A DNA stretch of 64,000 nucleotides, taken from the IMG/VR virus record IMGVR_UViG_2582581260_000003; one strand, given 5' to 3'. Both the position numbers and the translations under genes were made by a program. Below the pieces are notes generated by a model. It was not told the origin of the DNA and ran no database searches. It saw nothing but the letters and a program-made list of their open reading frames with translations. The DNA is from a virus. Positions 28,198 through 39,157 of this stretch are shown one piece after another (the stretch's first letter is position 1; each line of letters begins with the position of its first letter).

Positions 28198-31100
28198 CTA
28201 CTCAAATAATTGTATAATATCACTCCATTCATGATTGTTATTACTTGGATTGATATTATGAACATGCACAATAGGCAAATTAATTTTACCTTTTCCGCTC
28301 AATATTAGTTTATGAACCTCAATGTTTGAGATAAGTAACGCTTCTATTTTAAATAGCTCGTTTCTGTTTAAATATAAATAAAAGTGTTGTATTATATCGT
28401 ATGAAATATGTGCCCATTGTGAATTCATACTTTCCACTTTTTGTGAATTAATAACATCATTTAAAAATTCAAACATGTCATCGTCACATAAAAATTCATA
28501 CAATCGTGAAAAAACATAATCATAACCACTATTTCTTAATGTATAACCAAATTTTTGTTCAGAAATAAGTTTGCAAAATTGTTTGAGATAATTGTTAAAT
28601 TTAATGGGTCTTTCAGATTCAATTCTATCTAAAAACTCAAGACAATCACTATCTCGTAGTATTCTTTTACTCGAATTAATTTCAAGTTTAGTTAGTAACT
28701 CATCAAATGTACAAGACGTAATATTTTTTATGCTACCACTTAATCCACTTGTAGGGTAATAATACTTTTCATTTATCTCTTCAATTTTATATAACTTTTG
28801 TATGTCATAATTATTCTCGGTGCAATACGATTTAATAGCTTGCTTAGTTTCCGCCAACCACTTCATGTTATAAGCACTATATTCTTGTGTTATATTGAAG
28901 TATTTATAAAAAAATACCCATGTCTCCAAGACATCTTTTAATTTAATTGTGTTTGCGTATAGCAAATCATTAAAAACACGGCGAACAATATGAATTTTAT
29001 CATCATTATTGCCTTTTACTGCTTTTATCAACTGATATAGCATATCAACTGATTCATTATAGGCACAAAGTGCAAATATTTCATAAAATCTTAATAGATA
29101 ATTACTGTCTGAAACAGGTTCTGTCAATAGATTAATATGGATTACATCATCTAAATATTTTTTCCATAAGTCGGGTTTAATATTTATAATAGCTTCAAGG
29201 CATATTATCAAATCATATAGAACATCTTCTTTATGCTCAGTATAACCATTTGCAAAGCATCTTTTATAGTCATCCAATTGTATCATAAATTCATTAGGCA
29301 TCTTTATCTGTTCTGCACAACTCTTAATAGCTTGAAATTCAGAAGTCCTATCAGTTAAAGACCATTTCCAAATCACTCCTTCTTTACCTGCAATTTTATA
29401 CATATAATTGGTTGTTTGTATATTTTCACCGAGAGTATATAAAAAAGGTAAAATGATTGGAGAAGCAAAACAATTCCATTTTGATTCACTTTCTAGTAGT
29501 GACAATGTGCTTTTGAACTTAGTAATTAAATATTTTCTAAATTCAATTATTTCAAAGCTTAGTTTTATTAACTTGTTAAAAATATCGGATACATATTCAT
29601 AAAAATATAAGTGTGATGAATAGTTGATAATAGATTGCTTCAAATGCGTTTCAACAATTATTTTGCAATCTTCAAAATCTAATGGGTTAGCAAATATATT
29701 TCCGACTAGATGATTTGCACATAGCATTAATTCAAACCTTTCTCGTTCACTATTATCTATGAAATTATAATAATCATCTGCAATATATTTAAAATCTTCT
29801 TTTATGCCAATATACCCTAAGCAAAATGCTAAATTCATAAATGATAGCATTTTATATTCGCTGGTTTCGAATTTACTAAATTTAAAATCATCTAGAAATT
29901 TCGTTCCTAGATTACGAATATCATCAAGTATGACATTAAAATTTTCTTTAATATTTCTATTTTGAATTTGCCAAGAGACCAGTTGTAAAACAACAGGCTT
30001 CGACGGTTTTAAAGAGCATATTAGGTCAATATTTTCCATAATGCTGTCCCATTTATCATCATTATAGGTATTTTCTAAAAATGTAAACAATTCTCTTCCT
30101 GTTGCAAAGAAAGGTAATAGTGAAAATGTTTTAGTGAAATTCTTATAATTATTTTTTTGGGTTGCATCAAACCAACCATTGAAAAAATTGCTCATAAATA
30201 TCTGTACAACACTTGGTTTTATTGTGTTAATACAGTTGATATTATGTGAAAATATGTTCTTTTCACAAATTCTGCATACTTTACCTAAACTTTTTATTAG
30301 CTCTTGATAATAAGGGTATATTTCAATTTTACCATTTATTTCTTTGCTGAATATTTTTACGATTTCACAAATATCTCGGTTAGAGAAATGTTTCTCAAGA
30401 ATAGAAATGCTTCTTTCATTTTTTCCATTTTCACTAAGCAACAAGGCATCATTTATTATATTTTCCATTTCTTTAAAAGTATAATTTTTCTGTTTTGGTA
30501 CAGCTTCGCCTGGCAAAAAGTAAAAATCATTAATAACTTCATCGTAAACGTACCCAGCATATTCTGTAGACTTATTAAATTGTTCAAAAATTTTCAAGGA
30601 AGAAGCAATGTTTACCAATAAGTCATCTCTTTTATAAGCTATTGCTATTGATAACGCAAACTGTATTTCTTCTCTGATACAATCAATTTTCTGTCCTATT
30701 GTAAATCCTTCAGCAACATATTCCGCATTTAATTTTTCTGCAAATAAAATCTGCTGAGAGCTTTCTTTTAGCAAATCATAATTCAAATTGTGACGTTCAT
30801 ATACACACTCATCATTGTCATAAAAGTATTTAGCTATCTTTATTTTTATTTCATCCAATTTTTCATCTGAATAAATAGTGTGTGTATAGCCTTTAAAAAA
30901 CACCCTAACATCGCTTATTTCACATGAAATCTTTTCATTTTCTACGTTAACTAACGGTTGTAATTTTTTAAAAATATCTATCCATGCGTGATATGGTAAT
31001 TTTAAATTTTTGTTAATTTCAAAAAACAAATCAGCACTTAATGGTCTCTCTATGATTGAAAGGATTGTTGCTATTGACAATTCAATTTCGGAAATATGTT

Positions 31101-32781
31101 CTTTAGTTGTTATATATGAAGTAATTTCAGTTTTACAGTACTCCCATATCGCCTCATAATACTTATCAACGCCAAATTTCAATTTTCTGCTCTCAATTAT
31201 TGCGCTAAACGTTTCAATATCTTGACACTTCTCAGCTTCCTTAGCGGCAAATATGGCACTTAAAGCATTTCCTTTGCTTACTTCAAATATTATGTCTTTA
31301 ACAATATTAATATCAAGTACAGCAGGTAATGAAGCCAATAACAATGCTACATCATCTTTTTCAAGAGCTGGCATATCACAAGTTTTAACATATTTATCAT
31401 CAACTATCCATGATGGATATTTATGTTTATATGCTTCATATGGTTGTCCTACAATTAGTAGACATACATTATCAGGTATATTATCAGGGTAACAAAATCT
31501 ATTTAAAAATGTTTCTTCTTCACCACTTCTTGCTGCATGATCTATACCATCAATAGCAACAATAATTTTCCTATTCAGCTTTTTACCCAACTCCCCCAAT
31601 ATTCTCAATGTTTCGGACTGTAAATCAGCGTCATCTATCCAATCGATAAAAGGGGTTATTGGAATGTTGTAAAGGTCAATATCATTTTTATAAATATATT
31701 CAACAATTTGTATATATAAGTCACCCCACAACCCCCTGTAAGAAGAAATACCTTTGTCACTACCCATATTGGAGCCATCAGCCATTATTGGTTTAAAAGC
31801 ATGAAATCTAAAATCAATTGCTTTTTCAATAGAATATAAATAACTTACCAATGTTGTCTTACCACTTTGTGGACTTCCTGATAAAAAGACAATTTTTTTG
31901 TCAGTTTCATATAAAACATCTTTTAATTTTGAAGCGAATAATTTTCTACTCTCAAAACCATTTGCAATTACAGGCAAATTATGTTTACCTACGCAACGAT
32001 TTGGTAAGGTTTCAAACATAGCTTGTATAACCATATCATTAGTAACTTCTTGTGATTTTCTTTTTAGTTTTCCTTCTTTAGTTACCCAATCAGATAATTT
32101 TGACTTCAACTTATCCAAAATGTCATTAGCTCTTCTTCTATCAACAGAATACATCTTCTCTATTTTATCAATAATAATTTCATTATTATCAAATAAATCT
32201 GGCTGTGCTAATTGTATATCAAAATTTTCAAGGAATTTTAATCGTAAATCTTCCTTGGTTGTATTGAGGTGTTCTATTTTTTCTAAAAACTTACCCCATA
32301 CAGTATCCCATTCAGGTTCCTTCATGACAATTTCATCTATTGATTTTGCATCTTTGATTGTAGATTTTATGTAATCCCAAAATGTACTTAACTTTGGACG
32401 CAAATATATACCCTTATCTTTATTGCCATTATAATCACCAGAGCTTTTGCGATTAGTATATAAAATGAATTGCAAGTCGTTTGAGTCATTATAAAGGTTA
32501 TGCCATTCTAATGAAAAATCCTCTAAGTATTTGTTAATTAATGTTTCTAATCCAAGACTGGAATTATCAGTAGTATGCTTTACTTGAAACCTTTTCTCTG
32601 TTTTATTTTTGTATCGTATAACTACATCATCTAATTTTTGTGAATCATCTGCTTGAAAAATAACAGCTCTCACAATAGAATTGGGATCAATTAAGTCTAC
32701 AAGGAAATCAATTCCTATATACCATTCGTACCATGTACTTGTTTGATCACCTGCAGTGGGGTTTGTCATTTCTTTTTTCAT
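28198..32781 (-). CDS. Avs-like nuclease-STAND NTPase (PD-(D/E)xK nuclease, NTPase, long helical sensor region)
   Basis: N-terminal LDDVVIRY...RFQVKHT, Walker A GSPQSGKTT, Walker B IIVAIDGIDHAAR, GNAL motif and a ~1000-aa C-terminal region. Confidence 0.8.
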   Translation of the reverse strand: MKKEMTNPTAGDQTSTWYEWYIGIDFLVDLIDPNSIVRAVIFQADDSQKLDDVVIRYKNKTEKRFQVKHTTDNSSLGLETLINKYLEDFSLEWHNLYNDSNDLQFILYTNRKSSGDYNGNKDKGIYLRPKLSTFWDYIKSTIKDAKSIDEIVMKEPEWDTVWGKFLEKIEHLNTTKEDLRLKFLENFDIQLAQPDLFDNNEIIIDKIEKMYSVDRRRANDILDKLKSKLSDWVTKEGKLKRKSQEVTNDMVIQAMFETLPNRCVGKHNLPVIANGFESRKLFASKLKDVLYETDKKIVFLSGSPQSGKTTLVSYLYSIEKAIDFRFHAFKPIMADGSNMGSDKGISSYRGLWGDLYIQIVEYIYKNDIDLYNIPITPFIDWIDDADLQSETLRILGELGKKLNRKIIVAIDGIDHAARSGEEETFLNRFCYPDNIPDNVCLLIVGQPYEAYKHKYPSWIVDDKYVKTCDMPALEKDDVALLLASLPAVLDINIVKDIIFEVSKGNALSAIFAAKEAEKCQDIETFSAIIESRKLKFGVDKYYEAIWEYCKTEITSYITTKEHISEIELSIATILSIIERPLSADLFFEINKNLKLPYHAWIDIFKKLQPLVNVENEKISCEISDVRVFFKGYTHTIYSDEKLDEIKIKIAKYFYDNDECVYERHNLNYDLLKESSQQILFAEKLNAEYVAEGFTIGQKIDCIREEIQFALSIAIAYKRDDLLVNIASSLKIFEQFNKSTEYAGYVYDEVINDFYFLPGEAVPKQKNYTFKEMENIINDALLLSENGKNERSISILEKHFSNRDICEIVKIFSKEINGKIEIYPYYQELIKSLGKVCRICEKNIFSHNINCINTIKPSVVQIFMSNFFNGWFDATQKNNYKNFTKTFSLLPFFATGRELFTFLENTYNDDKWDSIMENIDLICSLKPSKPVVLQLVSWQIQNRNIKENFNVILDDIRNLGTKFLDDFKFSKFETSEYKMLSFMNLAFCLGYIGIKEDFKYIADDYYNFIDNSERERFELMLCANHLVGNIFANPLDFEDCKIIVETHLKQSIINYSSHLYFYEYVSDIFNKLIKLSFEIIEFRKYLITKFKSTLSLLESESKWNCFASPIILPFLYTLGENIQTTNYMYKIAGKEGVIWKWSLTDRTSEFQAIKSCAEQIKMPNEFMIQLDDYKRCFANGYTEHKEDVLYDLIICLEAIINIKPDLWKKYLDDVIHINLLTEPVSDSNYLLRFYEIFALCAYNESVDMLYQLIKAVKGNNDDKIHIVRRVFNDLLYANTIKLKDVLETWVFFYKYFNITQEYSAYNMKWLAETKQAIKSYCTENNYDIQKLYKIEEINEKYYYPTSGLSGSIKNITSCTFDELLTKLEINSSKRILRDSDCLEFLDRIESERPIKFNNYLKQFCKLISEQKFGYTLRNSGYDYVFSRLYEFLCDDDMFEFLNDVINSQKVESMNSQWAHISYDIIQHFYLYLNRNELFKIEALLISNIEVHKLILSGKGKINLPIVHVHNINPSNNNHEWSDIIQLFE

Positions 32782-33270
32782 AAATAAGCCTCCAAAATCC
32801 GCTTTTAGATATTTCTATATCATAATCGTTCTTTTTTAACATTATTTTCTCACTAGAATAATGTTTATACCAGGCCCTCAGCCTTATAGACACGAACTTT
32901 CCATTATTGTTAATACCTGCAATACAAGTTCCTATTTATCTGATTGTCTATAAATAATTCATATGCCACATAATTTTACTACTATACATCATCTTCTGAA
33001 GTTCATGCCATTCACCTACTACTTGAATATAGCTGATAGAAGGTAGCATCAAATCTAGTATAATTGTATATCCTTAAAGGAACTTTTACAAGACAATATT
33101 AGTCAATATCATATTCTGTTGCTACAGCTCTCACATCTTTAATATATATCTGAGTGATAATCTGCCAACACTAAAACCCTCAGTCTATCTGAGGATTTTA
33201 GTCTTAATATATTCTCATTGCTTTAAGAGCAGTAACTTGCTTTCTATCCTTGTTACTGCTCCCGCTATTC

Positions 33271-34923
33271 TTATTCATAATAATCTGCCGTCTGCTCCAT
33301 GACTATGCCTGATTCAAACTGTATCTCTAGCCTTTCTCCTTTTTTAACTTTAATGGTCTTGATTAATCTTCTGACTAACTCCTCATCAAACTCTCTTACT
33401 TGTGGTCTTACAGTCTTTAAAGTGCTGTCCATTTCAGCTAGTCGCTGTTCATAGCTCTCTGTCTTTTTCTTCTCCTGTACAATCCTTATTTTCGCCTTTT
33501 TTAGCTCATTTATCTGCTGCGATATCCTTTTGTATTCATCGTCAAAATCTTCTGCTACAGCTCCTTGTTTTGCGTTCTCTTCGATTAAACTTAACATCTC
33601 TTTTTGTTGTTGTTCTATTTTCTCATCATATTCTGTAGGGATATTCCTTGTAGAGTATCCACCGATGACTCTGATTACATTCTCCCTGAATGCCCCTATA
33701 AACTCTCCATTGTTTTCTACTACACTGTTTATGGCTGTCATTATGGCATTATGCAATGGCTCTTCCTTAAGTGTCGGTGAGTGCTTGCAATTTGCTTTTG
33801 TTCCATTCTTTAACCTATTTTCACATCTCCATACTGTAGTCTTTTGCCCATACTTCGACCAGACTTGTCTTCTATAGGGATGTCCACACTCGGCACATAC
33901 TAGGATTTCTGTCAGTGCATATTTGGAGCTGAATTTACTTTTTTCCTTCTTTGCCTTATTGGCTTTTCTTGTAACTGCTGATTTATTAAGGCTGGCTCTT
34001 CTTGCCTTTTCTTCCTGTACTTTATAGAATAATTCCTTTGGTATAATTGCCTCATGATTATCTTCAATATAGTATTGGGGTACGATTCCGTTATTTTTTA
34101 CTCGCTTCTTAGTTAAAAAATCTACTGTATAGGTTTTTTGCAGCAGGGCATCTCCCATATATTTTTCATTGACTAGCATTTTTTCTATTACTCCAGGATG
34201 CCATGTGTCTTTCCCTGTGGCAGTTTTAATTTCATCTGCCTCTAGGGCTCTAGTAATCTCTAGTATACTGCTACCTTCTAAGTACATTCTATAAATTCGT
34301 TTTACTATCTCTGCTTCTTCAGGTACTATGGCCAGTTCTCCATCTTCATCTTTTGTATATCCCATGAATTTTTTATGATTGATTGAAATAATTCCATTTT
34401 CAAATCTTCTTGTTATTCCCCATTTTGTATTTTCACTTAAGTTTCTACTTTCCTCTTGTGCTTGACTGCTTAGGATTGTAATTAATAATTCCCCTGTACC
34501 ATCTAAGGTATTGATATTTTCCTTCTCAAAATATACGGCTATATTTTTTTCTTTAAGCTTTCTTATGGTTTGAAGTGAATCTACAGTATTTCTTGCGAAT
34601 CTGCTGACGGATTTTGTTATGACCATATCTATTTTTCCTGCCATACAATCTTCTATCATGGCATTAAAATCATCTCTCTTTTTTGTATTGGTTGCTGATT
34701 TACCGTCATCTGCATAAATCCCTGCATTTTTCCAGTTTGGATTGTTTTTTATCTTCTCTGTATAGTAAGTTACCTGGGCCTCATAACTTCCTTCCTGCTG
34801 TTCTAAGGTAGTACTAACTCTACAATAAGCTGCTACTCTTAGAACTTTTAACTCTGCCCTTATGTTTCTATCATAAATAGGTTGTGCTGGTATAAAAGAT
34901 ACTTTCTTTTTTGGCATTACCAT
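33271..34923 (-). CDS. Large serine recombinase
   Basis: AAYCRVST, TKSVSRFARN, CAECG...WRC and a coiled coil. Confidence 0.95.
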   Translation of the reverse strand: MVMPKKKVSFIPAQPIYDRNIRAELKVLRVAAYCRVSTTLEQQEGSYEAQVTYYTEKIKNNPNWKNAGIYADDGKSATNTKKRDDFNAMIEDCMAGKIDMVITKSVSRFARNTVDSLQTIRKLKEKNIAVYFEKENINTLDGTGELLITILSSQAQEESRNLSENTKWGITRRFENGIISINHKKFMGYTKDEDGELAIVPEEAEIVKRIYRMYLEGSSILEITRALEADEIKTATGKDTWHPGVIEKMLVNEKYMGDALLQKTYTVDFLTKKRVKNNGIVPQYYIEDNHEAIIPKELFYKVQEEKARRASLNKSAVTRKANKAKKEKSKFSSKYALTEILVCAECGHPYRRQVWSKYGQKTTVWRCENRLKNGTKANCKHSPTLKEEPLHNAIMTAINSVVENNGEFIGAFRENVIRVIGGYSTRNIPTEYDEKIEQQQKEMLSLIEENAKQGAVAEDFDDEYKRISQQINELKKAKIRIVQEKKKTESYEQRLAEMDSTLKTVRPQVREFDEELVRRLIKTIKVKKGERLEIQFESGIVMEQTADYYE

Positions 34924-34925
34924 TT

Positions 34926-35843
34926 TTATTCATCCTTTCTTATGTCCTCATAATCTTCCTCCACCATCATTCCATTTATATATTTCACTTGGATTTTTCC
35001 ATCTTTATAAATAGTTATCTCTTTTACTACATTTTGAAATAGTTCTTCATCAAATTCTGTAAGTGGTTTTCTATCAAGGAATTCTTCTTTTATTTTCTTA
35101 GTATTGTGATCATAATCATCTATTTTAGATATATGGTAGTAGGCTTTTGCCCTTTTAAATATTAGCTCCGCTAGTTCCCTTGATGAAAATTGTTTTTCAT
35201 CCTCTAGCTCTTTGATTCGTTCTTCTAAATTTCTAATTTCCATAGTCATCTTCGGTGGTTCTTTTTTCTTTTCTTTATCTAACATCCACATTCTTGATAG
35301 GATTTTATTTGTTGCTGATATAAAAATATTTTCTATATCTTTCTCAGTTAAAAATAAGTTTCTGCAATGGACCCTGTTTTGGTAGATGTATCTTTTACAT
35401 TTCCAGTTGCTCTTTTCTGATGGTCTTCCTGCATGCTCAATATATTTACGGTAGATTGCACCACATTCTCCACATTTTAATTTGCTAGTAAATATGCTTT
35501 GATTTTTCCTAGTATTAATTTGAGGTGTTCTGCCTAATTTTTTATTTTTTGATTTTCTCTGTTGCTGTACTAATTTGAAGGTTTTATTATCTATAATTTG
35601 AGGATACATGGTATCTCCTAAGTACTTTGTGTTTTCTAGTATCTTTCCTACAGAGCCATGATTCCAATTAGGCTTGTTATTTGCATTAAGAAATCCTGCA
35701 GCTGTCAGTTCTTTTGCTATGGCAATCATAGATGTCCCGTTTAAATAATCCTTGAATATTTTTTGTACAACTGCTACTTTTTCAGCATTAAATACTACTT
35801 TTCCATCTACTAGTTTATAGCCTATTGGCATATGTCTTTGCAT
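34926..35843 (-). CDS. Recombinase-domain protein lacking the catalytic resolvase domain (middle gene of the triad)
   Basis: Begins MQRHMPIGY (recombinase DNA-binding domain), then KYLG, YPQII and CGECG. No YxRVS motif. Confidence 0.88.
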   Translation of the reverse strand: MQRHMPIGYKLVDGKVVFNAEKVAVVQKIFKDYLNGTSMIAIAKELTAAGFLNANNKPNWNHGSVGKILENTKYLGDTMYPQIIDNKTFKLVQQQRKSKNKKLGRTPQINTRKNQSIFTSKLKCGECGAIYRKYIEHAGRPSEKSNWKCKRYIYQNRVHCRNLFLTEKDIENIFISATNKILSRMWMLDKEKKKEPPKMTMEIRNLEERIKELEDEKQFSSRELAELIFKRAKAYYHISKIDDYDHNTKKIKEEFLDRKPLTEFDEELFQNVVKEITIYKDGKIQVKYINGMMVEEDYEDIRKDE

Positions 35844-37453
35844 TATCCACTCACCTGCTTTCTTATGTATTCCGTAAGTTCTAACTCATTAATAAGTCTG
35901 AAAGTGATCTCATAATCTTTTCCTATAATGATTTTTTCTACTGTATTAATAAATAGGTTTTCATCGTACTCTTCCATAATTTCTGGATTATATTTCATAA
36001 AGTCTAGTAATCTTAAAGTTCCTTCTATCTCCTTTTCAAATCCATTGCTATCTAGTAGTTGGTTTCTCCTTTTCTTTGTAGCTTCAATTTCTACTGTGAG
36101 AGCATTTTGTCTTTCTATAAAAATAGCAGAGTCAATATACCCTTTCGATACTACTCTACTTAGGATATGGCTCTGCTCTGTTAATTCCATTATTTTATTG
36201 TTTAAATCTTTTATTTCTTCTTCCTGCTCTTCATTGATCCTTAAACTTTTTAAGGATTCAAGAAGGGGTATTAAAATATTTTTGTAGTTACTTACTAGTT
36301 TGTTCCACATGGTAAGGAAGGCTTCTTTTATAATATCTTCCCTTACAGCTTTCATACTGCATTTATTAATATCCCTTATATGCTGAATGCAGCACCACTG
36401 GATTTTCTCATATGGCTTTCCTATATAAATCTTTTGTCTACGGAAGGTACTTCCACATTCACCACAGATAATTATACTACTGAATTCATATCTATTCTGG
36501 TATTTCCCACTATCATCGATGCCCATTTGCTTTCTCCGGTATTCATAAATTTCTCGAACCATCTGTCCTTCTTCCCTTGTAATAATAGGTTCATGATTGT
36601 TTTCAATAAAATACTGAGGCATTTCCCCTTTATTAACTTTTCTTTCAAATGGAAGTACCTCAGTTGTATATGTCTTTTGTAATAATAAATCTCCTTCATA
36701 TATGGGATTTTGTAAGATTACTTTTACTACACTTTCTTGCCATTCTTCGGCTGTTCTTTTAGTTGGTATGTTATCTTCATTTAGTCCTCTGGCTATTACA
36801 TAAGAACCTTTACCATTCAGATACTCAGTAAAAATTCTTCGGACAATCTTAGCTTCTTCTTTATTGACGATTAATTCTCCATTTTCATCCTTATTATATC
36901 CATAGGCTGGGATACTTAATTTAAATGTTCCATCTTCAAATTTTTTTCTGATTCCCCATTTATTATTGGTAGATATGGTTTCTGATTCTCCTTGTGCTAG
37001 GGAACTTAATATGGTTAGTAAAATCTCACTTTTTTCTGATAAGGTGTTGATATTTTCTTTCTCAAAATATACGCCTATTCCAAGTGCTTTTAATTTTCTT
37101 ATGGCCTTGATGCTGTCTACAGTATTTCTAGCAAATCTTGTGACTGATTTAGTAATGATCATATCAATCTTTCCATTCACGCAGTCTTTTATCATTTGTG
37201 AAAACTCATCTCTTTTTTTAATCTGAGTACCACTTCTGGCTTCATCTGCATAAATTCCTGCATATTCCCAGTCATCTCTTTTTCCTATATAGTTCTTATA
37301 ATACTCTACTTGATAGTAAAAGGATTCTTTTTGTTCTATTGAATCTGTACTGACTCTTGCATAGGCACAAACCCTTTTTTTAGGCTGTAATTCTAGTATT
37401 ACTTTTTGGTGTATAGGCTCTATTTTCCTTATCTTCTTCACTTTATTTATCAT
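35843..37453 (-). CDS. Large serine recombinase
   Basis: CAYARVST, TKSVTRFARN and CGECG. Start placed at 37453 after GGGAGGG RBS. Confidence 0.95.
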   Translation of the reverse strand: MINKVKKIRKIEPIHQKVILELQPKKRVCAYARVSTDSIEQKESFYYQVEYYKNYIGKRDDWEYAGIYADEARSGTQIKKRDEFSQMIKDCVNGKIDMIITKSVTRFARNTVDSIKAIRKLKALGIGVYFEKENINTLSEKSEILLTILSSLAQGESETISTNNKWGIRKKFEDGTFKLSIPAYGYNKDENGELIVNKEEAKIVRRIFTEYLNGKGSYVIARGLNEDNIPTKRTAEEWQESVVKVILQNPIYEGDLLLQKTYTTEVLPFERKVNKGEMPQYFIENNHEPIITREEGQMVREIYEYRRKQMGIDDSGKYQNRYEFSSIIICGECGSTFRRQKIYIGKPYEKIQWCCIQHIRDINKCSMKAVREDIIKEAFLTMWNKLVSNYKNILIPLLESLKSLRINEEQEEEIKDLNNKIMELTEQSHILSRVVSKGYIDSAIFIERQNALTVEIEATKKRRNQLLDSNGFEKEIEGTLRLLDFMKYNPEIMEEYDENLFINTVEKIIIGKDYEITFRLINELELTEYIRKQVSG

Positions 37454-37533
37454 GGTTCTCCCTCCCTTCTTTAAATATTTACTTCCTGTTAGCAACATAC
37501 ACTACCACAAGGTTTCTTCAATAGCTAGTGTTA

Positions 37534-37695
37534 TTACACATATACTTCAGAGAGTTCTGGAGAAAAGGTCTGACGGTTCAATTCATCTATTTTCTCAAAT
37601 TCTTCATCTGTAATCATTCCCCTATTTAGTAATATATTTAATAATTTTAATGCCATTTTATATTCTACTTCCTTAGATAATTGTTCCTTTGTCAT
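37534..37695 (-). CDS. Small SHOCT-like protein upstream of the recombinase triad
   Basis: Manual translation MTKEQLSKEVEYKMALKLLNILLNRGMITDEEFEKIDELNRQTFSPELSEVYV* with GGAGG RBS. Below the ORF-track length cutoff. Confidence 0.75.
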   Translation of the reverse strand: MTKEQLSKEVEYKMALKLLNILLNRGMITDEEFEKIDELNRQTFSPELSEVYV

Positions 37696-37959
37696 TATTC
37701 TTCCTCCATTCTATATATCTTTTTATGTAATTTCTTTTGTATGTTTCTATCTTTACTATCATAAATATCTTTTTTCTCATCTTCTTAATATCACAAAAAT
37801 AGGGACCGCCTTATTTGGTAAAAACATATATAATATCTTGCCTTAAATAGGCGATCCCCATTGCTTCTAATATTAAAATCATAAAATACTTAAAAGTATG
37901 TGTTGTACTTAGACACTACTATCCCCAACACATAAAGCCTTATAAAAGTAAAAGGCTTA

Positions 37960-38280
37960 TAGGGCGATTTCATAAACTGAAGCTGGTTTCACTTTATCAT
38001 AGGAATTTCACCTCCACCGGGATCTCCGCTGGCTGCCCCCATTGCGATGTCTGTGGCTGGGCAGAAGTATCATTATAGGCTGATAAGGTTGTGGCGAACA
38101 ATCTACCATAGATCGTTTTTAGGAACAGATGGGTACCGCTCTTTACCTTAGAAGGCCGACTTTTATATAAAAATAAATCTTTTTATACAGGTAGTCATGG
38201 CGCATCTTCCTTTGTCGCTTTTCCATCTCTGGCTTATCAGCTAATGTATTTATAAAATCGGATATTTAATTTTCAAAGTA
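37960..38280 (-). ncRNA. Candidate structured non-coding RNA
   Basis: GC-enriched non-coding block in AT-rich surroundings. Minus strand has GCTGATAAG (near 38240) able to pair with CTTATCAGC (near 38080), and a GGAGGTGAAATTCC hairpin. Confidence 0.4.
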
Positions 38281-38363
38281 CAACCTGTAAAATAAAAAAC
38301 AGGGAAGAGAAAAATATCCCTTCACCTGTTTCCACATTTGAAGCCTGTTTTTGAAGTCTAAAT

Positions 38364-38843
38364 TTAAAACTTTTTTATTTTTTCTTCTAATTTCTTTTTT
38401 GCAATGTCTATACTATACTTAATTGCACGAATAGAGCAGTTTTCCATTTTTGCAATTTCTTTTAATGTAAGGCCGCAGTCATAATATAAAAGTAATCTTT
38501 TCCTTTGAACACCAGATAATTCTCCAATAGCTTTCCAGAATAACTTTTTCATTTCTTTTTCTAATATAATTTCTTCTATACATTTTGGTTTTTCAAAGGC
38601 TCTTCTAATTAGTGTTTCATCTGTAAGCTCTGAATGTTCTATATTCCTTTCATCTGATCGTGTAAGATTTCTATCTCTTTTATTTAATTCAAATAAAGCA
38701 AAATATATATCTTCATTAATTTCTAATCTTTGAAACTCTCCATATCCATCTGTAAATGAAACAAAGTATCTGTCCTTATTTTTTCCTCTAATTATTTCTA
38801 AACTATAATCATTCATAAAATTTGCCATTTTCCATTCCTCCAA
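38364..38843 (-). CDS. Sigma-70 region-4 (ECF-like) ICE regulator
   Basis: AIGELSGVQRKRLLLYYDCGLTLKEIAKMENCSIRAIKYSIDIAKKKL. Confidence 0.85.
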   Translation of the reverse strand: MEEWKMANFMNDYSLEIIRGKNKDRYFVSFTDGYGEFQRLEINEDIYFALFELNKRDRNLTRSDERNIEHSELTDETLIRRAFEKPKCIEEIILEKEMKKLFWKAIGELSGVQRKRLLLYYDCGLTLKEIAKMENCSIRAIKYSIDIAKKKLEEKIKKF

Positions 38844-38940
38844 TTTTTCTTTTTCTGTTTTTTTAGAAAAATCAGAGTCATGGATATTTGGCTATATAAG
38901 TTTCCCAGCGTTTCATACTGCCCTCCTAATTTTAGGCAAT

Positions 38941-38978
38941 AAAAAAGCCGAGAATAACAAAATGTTATTCTCGGCTCT
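38941..38978 (-). terminator. Rho-independent terminator upstream of the sigma-70 r4 gene
   Basis: Perfect stem AGCCGAGAATAACA-aaa-TGTTATTCTCGGCT with a U-tract on the minus strand. Confidence 0.75.
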
Positions 38979-39157
38979 TTATCTGCCGTATTATTTAGAA
39001 GAGGGCATAAATATAGCCCTGGCACTTTTTCAAATGCCAAGGCTTATTATTTTTCTTTATTTAATCTATGCCATACTCCTCCATAATACATAGTATAGAA
39101 CACTGCTTGTCCAATGTCAGTACGCAATGAGTGTGTATTTAGTATGCAATTAGTCTG

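Noticed and set aside
32800..33160. Possible gene remnant between the recombinase and the STAND gene
   Set aside because: Only short interrupted frames with no identifiable family.
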